Positions 1 to 6,560 of a stretch of DNA of 11,047 nt are shown here, in pieces. The position numbers and the translations under genes were made by a program. Below the pieces are notes generated by a model, which saw nothing but the letters and a program-made list of their open reading frames with translations, was not told the DNA's origin and did not search any database. The stretch spans positions 1 through 11,047 of the forward strand of contig JBDRFG010000078.1 in NCBI GenBank assembly GCA_043819135.1, read 5' to 3'. Source of the stretch: Candidatus Eiseniibacteriota bacterium (GTDB lineage Bacteria; Joyebacterota; Joyebacteria; Joyebacterales; Joyebacteraceae). The first letter of the stretch is position 1. The number at the start of each line of letters is the position of its first letter.

Positions 1-180
1 GCCCCGCCGTTCGGCATGGGTGGCTTCCTGTGGATCATGTACACCACAGATAACGGCTGCGGTCCGGGCGCTGGTGGCGACGCCGGTGTCATGATCGACG
101 ACGTGAGTTTCAGAGGCCCGTTGGCTGGAACTCCGGTCGAGGAGCAGAGCTGGGGCAGCATCAAGGCCATGTACAAGTAG
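1..180 (+). CDS. 3' end (partial) of a probable secreted/surface protein ending in a 'PVExxSWGxIKAxY' C-terminal motif
   Basis: Frame +1 is open from base 1 to TAG at 178-180 and reads APPFGMGGFLWIMYTTDNGCGPGAGGDAGVMIDDVSFRGPLAGTPVEEQSWGSIKAMYK*. Codon third positions are GC-biased. 'GVMIDDVSF' resembles the last strand of a beta-sandwich domain, and a hairpin follows the stop. Not in the ORF track because the start lies outside the window. Confidence 0.8.
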   Translation, partial: APPFGMGGFLWIMYTTDNGCGPGAGGDAGVMIDDVSFRGPLAGTPVEEQSWGSIKAMYK

Positions 181-217
181 TCCGTCCGAGATCGAGGCAC
201 TACATCTCCTCCCCTTC

Positions 218-248
218 GGAAGCCCGTCGGCATTGCCGGCGGGTTTCC
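218..248 (+). terminator. GC-rich stem-loop, probable terminator between convergent genes
   Basis: GGAAGCCCGTCGGC (218-231), loop ATT, GCCGGCGGGTTTCC (235-248): a 14-bp stem with two G-U pairs on the + transcript, 37 nt after the upstream stop. The U-tract is weak. Confidence 0.55.
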
Positions 249-261
249 ACTTGTACGGAGA

Positions 262-302
262 CGTGACACCGCAGCGCGGCCGGCGCGCCGCGCACGGTGA
301 CG
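262..302. terminator. Second stem-loop in the convergent intergenic region (possible terminator or stabiliser for the kinase transcript)
   Basis: GCGCGGC (274-280) pairs with GCCGCGC (287-293), extended by CACCG (267-271)/CGGTG (295-299) and CGT (262-264)/ACG (300-302). No U-tract. Confidence 0.3.
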
Positions 303-373
303 GGAGATGGATGTTTGGCTGAGATGTGGTTCCGGCAGGCAGGCCGCCGGACCGGTTTGTCTCTTCGAGGCGA

Positions 374-3298
374 TCAGCCCGACTGGATGGTCTCTCTGAC
401 CATCTTGAGAAGGCCCGTTAGCGAGTAGGGTTTCTGAAGGAACGGCAGGCCCTTGTCCTTGATGGTTTCCCACTGCGAGCGGTGACTGGCGTGCCCGCTG
501 CTCATGAGCACGCGGAGTCCGGGCGCCCGCCCCAGGAGTTCATCCGCGAGCTGAACACCACTCTTGTCAGGCAGAACCACGTCGCTGAACACGAGGTCGA
601 ATCTCCCTTCTTCCTGCTCGTAGATCCTCAGGGCCTCCGCGACGTTAGGGGCTTCGAATACCTCGTATCCGTTCTTGCGAAGGATCGTGGCAGCGAGGTC
701 CCGCACCGAGTCTTCGTCCTCCACGACGAGGATTCGCTCGCCCGAACCTGGCTCTCCAGGCCGCATCTTCGGAGCCGGCGACGGTCTGGAGGCGGGCGCC
801 GAGCCGGCCGCGGGGAGATAGACCTCGAACGTGGTTCCCATTCTCGGAGTGCTAAGTGTGTATATCCACCCCTTGTGCTGCTTGACTATCCCGTAGACGA
901 CGGACAGCCCAAGGCCGGTTCCCTTGCCGGGTCCCTTCGTGCTGAAGAACGGCTCGAATATCCGACCCATCGTATCCTGATCCATGCCGCTACCGGAGTC
1001 CTCCACGGAGACGCAGACGAAGTCTCCCGTCCTGGCCCCCGTGTCGTCCGCGACGTGGGTCTCGTCGAGCCGCACGTTCCTGGTTCGAATCGTCAGCGAA
1101 CCACCATCCGGCATCGCGTCCCGGGCGTTGACCGCCAGGTTCATCAGCACTTGCTGGACGCTTCCCTCATCCGCCATGGCCGGCCGCAGGTCAGGCTCGA
1201 GCACAGTATTGACCCTGATGTCCTCACCGATAAGCGGAGAGAGCATCTTGGCCATGCCTCGGGTCGTCGCGTTGACGTCGACCGGGTGCAGCTGCACAGC
1301 CTGCTCGCGTCCGAAGAGGAGCAGCTGACGTACGAGGCCGGCGCCCCTGTCGGCGGCGCTCCGTATCTTCTCGAGGTCCTCGTGCATGCGGTCCGACTCG
1401 CTCACGGACATCAGCGCCAGCTCCGTGAATCCCAGGATCGCCGTCAGGAGATTGTTGAAGTCGTGGGCGACCCCGGACGCCAACGTTCCTACCGCCTCCA
1501 TCTTCTGGGCCTGAACCAGCTGCGCTTCGACTTCCCGTGTCTGGCCCTCGGCGAGCTTCTTCTCGATCGCCGCCGCGATCATCCCGACCACCGTCTCGAA
1601 GAACAGCCTGTCGCTCTCTTCATGTATCTCTGCCGGAGTCCGGGAGGAGAGCTGCATGACGGCGAGAAGGTTGCGGCTCGCCCCGAAGACCGGATAGGCG
1701 ATGAGGGAGCGTATTCCGAAGGCGTCCAGTCTCTCGCGATGAGACTCGGAGATCGGGTGAGTCGTGACATCAGCTGCGAACACCGGCTCACCGGTCCGCG
1801 CGACATGGGCGGCCATGCACTCCTGGTCTTTGTCTATGGACTGGCTCGAGATCAGGGAACGTTGGTCGTCGCGCAGCCCGACCACGGCCGCCGGTTCAAG
1901 TATCCCATTCTTACCATCGTGGAGGCGAAGCGTCCCGGCGTCGAATCCGAGGACCTCAACCAGGCCACCGAGAACGCGAGAGCACAGATCCGACATATCG
2001 CTCGCGCGCACAGCGGCTTCGGCGATCACGCGGAACGTTCTGCGCTCACGCTCACGCGCGACCTCGGCTCGCTTCCTGTCGGTGATGTCACGCATGATCC
2101 CCTGGTAACCGAGCGTAGTCCCATCCGCGCCCTTCCTCACGGTCGACGCGAGAAGGCAATCGACCTTCCTGCCGTCCTTGTGGAGCAGCGTGATCTCGAA
2201 CCCGCGGACGAACCCCTGCTGCTCGATGACCTCCTGGAATCTCACTCGCTGTTCCGGGTCGGCGTAGAGCCCATGTACGTCCCGCTCCAAGAGCTCGTCC
2301 CGCGTGTATCCGAACAGCGACACGGCGGACGGGCTGATGTCGACCAACCTGCCGTCTCGTGACGTCATGTAGATGACGTCGATCGACTCCTCGAAGAGCG
2401 AGCGGTATCTCACTTCGCTCTCCTGCAGGGCCCGCTCGACGACATTGTGCTCGGACACGGCCTGCAGGGCCATGACGACTCCTATGGCCTTCCCGTCGTT
2501 GTCGTGTCTCAGCGCCGCGTGCACGGAGACGCTCCGCGTGGTCCCGTCCGGGCGGATGACTCTGATGTCGTAGGGGCGCGTGGAGCCCTCGCGCAGGTCA
2601 GAGGTTCTCTCGAGGATGGAATCCCGGTCCTCCTCCGACACGAACTCGTCGAGACTTCGGCCGAGGAGGCTCTTCGCCTTCACTTCGAACACGTCTGCCG
2701 CCGCCCAGTTTGCGAACACGAATCTGTGATTCGTGTCGAACGAACAGACCGGGGTTGGGAGGCATTCGACCAGCGCATGATACTGACGGTCACCCGCCGC
2801 GAGAGCGGCCTCGGCGTGTCTTTGAGCGGTGATGTCCTTGCCCGCGAGTAGTACGCCGTCGGTGCGCCCGCGTATGTCCGGGCGGACGACGGCCGACAGG
2901 ATGAGCACTCTGCGGATCGCCCCGCTTCCGCTCCTCAGCCCAACCTCGAGTTCCCTGGTGAGCTTCCCTCGGAAGGTCTGCTCGAGACGCGCGGGGCCAG
3001 CCGAGTCCTTGTCGGGCACAACGAGGTCGAGGAACCGTGTTCCCTTCAACTGGTCGGGGGAGTAGCCGAGGCACGTGGTCACGGCTTGGTTCGAATCCAG
3101 AATGACGCCCTCATGGTCAACGACGGCACAGAGCATCGGCCCGTCGTCATAGAGGACGCGATACCTGGCCTCGAGGGCGGCAAGTTCCTCGGCAACCAGA
3201 TGCGCCTTGCTCTTCAGGGCGTCGAGCTCTGAGACCTTGCGCCTGAGGGATTCCAGTTCGGCGAGCATTTCGCCCGAGGGCCAGGGACTGTCGGCCAT
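374..3298 (-). CDS. Cytoplasmic hybrid sensor histidine kinase/response regulator (3x PAS, GAF, HisKA, HATPase_c, REC; CckA-like), ~974 aa
   Basis: H-box 'LASGVAHDFNNLL', N-box 'QQVLMNLAVNARDAM', G1/F/G2 boxes 'DSGSGM...IFEPFFSTK..GKGTGLGL'. Receiver 'ILVVEDE...DLVFSDVVLP...MSSG...QKPY'. PAS-PAC modules end in 'KDIT' and 'RDIT'; GAF 'RTGEPVF...GIRSLIAYPV'. Start moved from 3409 to ATG 3298 because it has an AGAGGA RBS ~7 nt upstream and the extension is unlike protein. Confidence 0.93.
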   Translation of the reverse strand: MADSPWPSGEMLAELESLRRKVSELDALKSKAHLVAEELAALEARYRVLYDDGPMLCAVVDHEGVILDSNQAVTTCLGYSPDQLKGTRFLDLVVPDKDSAGPARLEQTFRGKLTRELEVGLRSGSGAIRRVLILSAVVRPDIRGRTDGVLLAGKDITAQRHAEAALAAGDRQYHALVECLPTPVCSFDTNHRFVFANWAAADVFEVKAKSLLGRSLDEFVSEEDRDSILERTSDLREGSTRPYDIRVIRPDGTTRSVSVHAALRHDNDGKAIGVVMALQAVSEHNVVERALQESEVRYRSLFEESIDVIYMTSRDGRLVDISPSAVSLFGYTRDELLERDVHGLYADPEQRVRFQEVIEQQGFVRGFEITLLHKDGRKVDCLLASTVRKGADGTTLGYQGIMRDITDRKRAEVARERERRTFRVIAEAAVRASDMSDLCSRVLGGLVEVLGFDAGTLRLHDGKNGILEPAAVVGLRDDQRSLISSQSIDKDQECMAAHVARTGEPVFAADVTTHPISESHRERLDAFGIRSLIAYPVFGASRNLLAVMQLSSRTPAEIHEESDRLFFETVVGMIAAAIEKKLAEGQTREVEAQLVQAQKMEAVGTLASGVAHDFNNLLTAILGFTELALMSVSESDRMHEDLEKIRSAADRGAGLVRQLLLFGREQAVQLHPVDVNATTRGMAKMLSPLIGEDIRVNTVLEPDLRPAMADEGSVQQVLMNLAVNARDAMPDGGSLTIRTRNVRLDETHVADDTGARTGDFVCVSVEDSGSGMDQDTMGRIFEPFFSTKGPGKGTGLGLSVVYGIVKQHKGWIYTLSTPRMGTTFEVYLPAAGSAPASRPSPAPKMRPGEPGSGERILVVEDEDSVRDLAATILRKNGYEVFEAPNVAEALRIYEQEEGRFDLVFSDVVLPDKSGVQLADELLGRAPGLRVLMSSGHASHRSQWETIKDKGLPFLQKPYSLTGLLKMVRETIQSG

Positions 3299-3630
3299 GG
3301 CGTGGTTCCTCTGTTGTATTTGGACGGCCGTGGATACACGTTCAGACGCCGGCCTGCTCGTTCGGCGCGTGACTGGTAGGGGGCAGCACGGACCACCCCA
3401 TGCGAGCAAATGCCCGCGCGCTGACAGGAAACAGTTGCATGGGCTGTGCCTGAAAGCACGGGTTACTCGTATCGTGTGCAGTCGCGGGACGGGCGTCCTG
3501 AGCGTTCATTTAACGATGGCCGGCGGTCCGCCCCACGCGTCGTTCCTGCGCGACTCGCCAAATGCAATCTGAAGCGGGCCTGAGTGCCGTTATCGGGCCT
3601 TGTCGAGGCCCCGCGCTGGGCCGAAACAGC

Positions 3631-3659
3631 TTGACTCGCAGATTTGCGGGTGATAGCCT
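3631..3659 (+). promoter_or_regulatory. Sigma70-type promoter with extended -10 for the 3723 gene
   Basis: TTGACT (3631-3636), 17-nt spacer, TAGCCT (3654-3659), with TG at 3651-3652 (TGn extended -10). It lies ~63 nt upstream of the ATG. Confidence 0.6.
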
Positions 3660-3722
3660 GAAGCGTCGAGGAACCGCCGGATTTGCCACCTGAGACACCT
3701 CTGGGCAGATGGAGGGAGGAGA

Positions 3723-4502
3723 ATGAGTTCGAGAAGGGAATTCCGCAACCCATGGGCAGTTGCGCCGTTTGTGGCCGTGCTCCTGGCAGTCATCTGGGTA
3801 TCCACCGCCTGCGCGGTCCCATGTCCCGAAGTCGTGTTTTTCAGGGTCGGTAGCCAGTTCGCGGCCATAGGCTGGACCATGGGCGTGGGCGAGCACGAGA
3901 TCGATGACTTCGGCGGGTACCGGCTCTGGATGCGGGAAGTTTGGAAGAATCCGGACCCCTCCCCGGAGAGCTTCTCCCTGGTTCGAGAGTACGTGCTCGG
4001 CGAGGACAACCCTGGCGCCGCCGGCTACTGGCCGTTCGGCCCGTACTACGAGCAGCCGACACGCGCCGACAGCGCGACCATATTCCAGAACTCGTTCCCT
4101 TACGAGTTCGCGGTGACGGCCTTCGACATCAACGACCCGCATGCGGTCAACCACGCCTGCATCGACAGCACGAGAACCGGCGTCATCTACCCGCGGGTTG
4201 GGACGCGCAGCGACCTCAAGGCCGTCCGGTGTATCCCGAACCCTTACCGCGCCGCGGCGGACTGGGAGTACGGTGGCCAGAGACGCGTGGCCTTCATCGG
4301 CCTTCCGGAGCGGGCGACCATCAGGATCTACACGGTAGCAGCGGACTACGTGCGGACGCTCGACCACGCGGACGCCGAGAGCGACCTTGAGTTCTGGGAT
4401 CTGAGGAACTCGGACGGCGAAGATATCGCGCCGGGCGTGTACATGTACCAAGTCGAATCTGAGGGCGAGACCATAGAGGGCAAGGTAATGATCATCAAGT
4501 AA
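3723..4502 (+). CDS. Secreted protein with a C-terminal T9SS type A / FlgD-Ig-like sorting domain, 259 aa
   Basis: Strong RBS GGAGGGAGGA. N-terminal signal peptide with basic n-region, hydrophobic 'AVAPFVAVLLAVIWV' and A-x-A 'ACA'. The central region is Fn3-like ('DFGGYRLW...YEFAVTAFD'). The C-terminus 'PNPY...FIGLP..ATIRIYTVA..YVRTL...WDLRN..G..IAPGVYMYQV......GKVMIIK' has the typical secretion-CTD pattern. Confidence 0.8.
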   Translation: MSSRREFRNPWAVAPFVAVLLAVIWVSTACAVPCPEVVFFRVGSQFAAIGWTMGVGEHEIDDFGGYRLWMREVWKNPDPSPESFSLVREYVLGEDNPGAAGYWPFGPYYEQPTRADSATIFQNSFPYEFAVTAFDINDPHAVNHACIDSTRTGVIYPRVGTRSDLKAVRCIPNPYRAAADWEYGGQRRVAFIGLPERATIRIYTVAADYVRTLDHADAESDLEFWDLRNSDGEDIAPGVYMYQVESEGETIEGKVMIIK

Positions 4503-4519
4503 GGTAGGGCCTTGGGCCT

Positions 4520-4648
4520 CGACCCGGCCATGGCTCCGCCTTGCTGAAGGCAACGGCCGCTCGATCACGAAACTCCCAGCAGCGGAAATGCAGAGGGGGC
4601 TACGAGATCGAGCGGTCTTTCGATGCACGGAGGGGGCCGCTCAGGTCG
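4520..4648 (+). other. Long imperfect palindrome / candidate structured RNA upstream of the hydratase-citrate lyase operon
   Basis: Nested complementary blocks all centred near 4585: CGACC 4520-24/GGTCG 4644-48; CGGCC 4525-29/GGCCG 4635-39; CTCCG 4534-38/CGGAG 4628-32; GGCCGCTCGATC 4555-66/GATCGAGCGGTC 4606-17; CTCCC 4573-77/GGGGG 4595-99; GCA 4579-81/TGC 4589-91. Confidence 0.45.
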
Positions 4649-4683
4649 CTCGGAGAACCGCAAAGGAATCTGGGGGAAGCAGA

Positions 4684-6501
4684 TTGGGTGCGACAATAAT
4701 AGAGAAGATCATAGGTGCGCATTCGGGCCGCGACGTGTCTCCCGGCGACACCGTTGATGTCGTCATCGATTCTCGCGTCGCGAGGGACTTCGGCGGCGCG
4801 AACGTGGTCAAGAACATGGAGGACCACGGGTTGACGGTTGACGATGCCGGAAAGACGTACTTCACGTTTGACTGCAACCCTGGGGGTTCCGACCAGAAGT
4901 ACGCGGCGAACCAGCAGATCTGTCGCGGCTTCGCGCGGGCGCGGGGAATCCCGGTCTACGACGTCAACGCCGGCATCGGGACGCACATCGCGATCGACGA
5001 CGGACTCGTCGGTCCCGGCGGCACCATAGTGTCGACCGATTCGCACGCGAACATCCTGGGCGCGATCGGCGCGTTCGGACAAGGGATGGGAGACCAGGAC
5101 ATAGCGAGCGCATGGGCGCACGGCAAGGTCTGGTTCAATGTTCCGAAGTCGATGCGCGTCTTCCTCGATGGAACTCCAGGACCCGCGGCGACGCCGAAGG
5201 ACATCGTGCTCGCGTGCCTCAGGCACTTCCACGCGAGCGGTCTCCTCGGCTTCGCGGGAGAGTACTACGGCGAGGCAGCGGACCTGCTGTCGCTCGACGG
5301 GCGGATCACCGTCGCGTCCATGGCGACGGAAATGGGTGGGATCATTACCTTCTTCCCGCCGAGCAACGATGTCATCGAGTACTGCCGCGCCGCCGGAGCC
5401 GAGTCGTTCACGCCCGCGTTCGCGGACCCGGACGCGCGCTACGACAGCGAGACGCGCGTGGACATAGACGGGCTCGCTCCCCTCATCGCACGCCCGGGGC
5501 ATCCGGATGACGTCGTGGAAGTGAGCGAGGTCGCAGGAAGGAAGATCGACTCTGCATTCATCGGCTCCTGCACGAACGGGCGATACGAGGACATGGTTGC
5601 GGCGGCCGCGATCCTGAAGAGTCGCAAGGTCGCGCCGGGCGTGGTCCTCAAGGTGGTCCCCTCGACCGACCGTATCTGGCAGCGGTGCCTGGAGGATGGG
5701 ATAATCCAGACTTTCAAGACCGCCGGCGCCCTGGTAGGCAACGCGGGCTGCGCCGGCTGCGCGGCCGGGCAGCTGGGCCAGAACGGCCCAGGGGAGGTTA
5801 CGATCAGCACCGGCAATCGCAACTACCCGGGCAAGCAGGGCAAGGGTGAGGTCTACCTGGCGTCTCCGGCGACCGCGGCCGCCTCGGCCGTGGCCGGCGA
5901 GATAGCGACCGCGGACAGCATACCCGACAAGCCCTCAGTCTTCATGCCGGACCCGGAACTAGCGGCTGCCGTGGCGTCGACGGAGGCAAGCGGCACGGCC
6001 ACTGGCGGGCGACCGACCGTCGTCAGGGGCAAGGTATGGGTCGTCGGGAAGGACAACGTCGACACCGACATGATCTTCCACAATCGACATCTGGCCATTA
6101 CCGATCTGGCGGAGATGGGTCAGCACACGTTCGGCAATCTTCCCGGCTGGGAAAGCTTCCCGACCGACGTTGCGCGCGGTGACATCGTGATAGTCGGCTC
6201 CAACTTCGGGTGCGGCAGCTCGCGCCAGCAGGCCGTGGATTGCTTCGCCAGTCTCGGCGTGTCGCTGGTCATAGCGGAGTCGTTCGGCGCTATCTACGAG
6301 CGCAACGCCATCAACGCCGGTATGCCGATAATGGCGGCGAGCCTGTCGGGCGCGGGAATAGAGAGCGGCGATGAGATCGAGGTCGACCTGACCGACGGAA
6401 CGATAACGCACCTGGCCGGCGGCAAGGTATTCGAGGGCAGGGGGTTCTCGGACGTGCAGATGGAGATATATCAGAGAGGCGGGCTCCTCGCGGCGGCTTA
6501 G
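4684..6501 (+). CDS. Aconitase-family [4Fe-4S] hydratase/isomerase, fused large (LeuC/HacA/DmdA-like) and small (LeuD/HacB-like swivel) subunits, ~605 aa; substrate unknown
   Basis: TTG start at 4684 gives MGATIIEKI, the typical LeuC/HacA N-terminus, with a GGGGGAAG RBS. Large-subunit motifs: 'TDSH', 'FIGSCTNGR', 'AGCAGC' (three cluster Cys) and 'STGNRNY'. Small-subunit motifs: 'DNVDTDMI', 'GSNFGCGSSR', 'AESFGAIYERNAINAG'. An Ala/Thr/Pro-rich linker lies at ~5905-6015. Confidence 0.9.
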   Translation: MGATIIEKIIGAHSGRDVSPGDTVDVVIDSRVARDFGGANVVKNMEDHGLTVDDAGKTYFTFDCNPGGSDQKYAANQQICRGFARARGIPVYDVNAGIGTHIAIDDGLVGPGGTIVSTDSHANILGAIGAFGQGMGDQDIASAWAHGKVWFNVPKSMRVFLDGTPGPAATPKDIVLACLRHFHASGLLGFAGEYYGEAADLLSLDGRITVASMATEMGGIITFFPPSNDVIEYCRAAGAESFTPAFADPDARYDSETRVDIDGLAPLIARPGHPDDVVEVSEVAGRKIDSAFIGSCTNGRYEDMVAAAAILKSRKVAPGVVLKVVPSTDRIWQRCLEDGIIQTFKTAGALVGNAGCAGCAAGQLGQNGPGEVTISTGNRNYPGKQGKGEVYLASPATAAASAVAGEIATADSIPDKPSVFMPDPELAAAVASTEASGTATGGRPTVVRGKVWVVGKDNVDTDMIFHNRHLAITDLAEMGQHTFGNLPGWESFPTDVARGDIVIVGSNFGCGSSRQQAVDCFASLGVSLVIAESFGAIYERNAINAGMPIMAASLSGAGIESGDEIEVDLTDGTITHLAGGKVFEGRGFSDVQMEIYQRGGLLAAA

Positions 6502-6560
6502 CCGCGGTCGGGCCGGACGCCAGAGGACCACAAGGAACGTCGTATGGAAGGAGGGACGCC

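Noticed and set aside
482..2362. 626-aa ORF on the + strand
   Set aside because: Antisense shadow of the histidine kinase with no recognisable motifs. Long stop-free antisense frames are expected in high-GC coding DNA.
1560..3160. Photosensory (LOV or phytochrome) function of the kinase PAS/GAF domains
   Set aside because: No GxNCRFLQ LOV motif and no PASDIP or CH bilin-binding motif.
3800..3815. Lipoprotein lipobox at 'STAC' in the 3723 protein
   Set aside because: The -3 residue is Ser rather than Leu/Val/Ile, and an A-x-A SPase I site (ACA) fits better.
4540..4600. Resemblance to a glycine riboswitch (GCTGAAGG..CAA...GAAACTCCCAG...CAGAGGGGGC)
   Set aside because: The 5' GGAGA element and the conserved CUCUCAGG are not correctly present, P1 cannot be formed convincingly, and the downstream genes are unrelated to glycine. 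An Rfam RF00504 scan would settle it.
4520..4648. SRP (4.5S) RNA or 6S RNA as the identity of the rod structure
   Set aside because: The SRP domain IV order CAGG-stem-GNRA-stem-AGCA is not present on either strand, and there is no large central bubble as in 6S RNA.
4588..4683. N-terminal extension of the hydratase from ATG 4588 (likewise kinase 3299-3409 and MFS 10707-10997)
   Set aside because: Family homology starts at the downstream codons, each of which has an RBS. The MFS extension would overlap acs.
4684..6501. Calling the hydratase leuCD (leucine biosynthesis) or homoaconitase
   Set aside because: No leuA/leuB or lysine-pathway genes are nearby, the context is citrate lyase, and the active-site residues deviate from both families.
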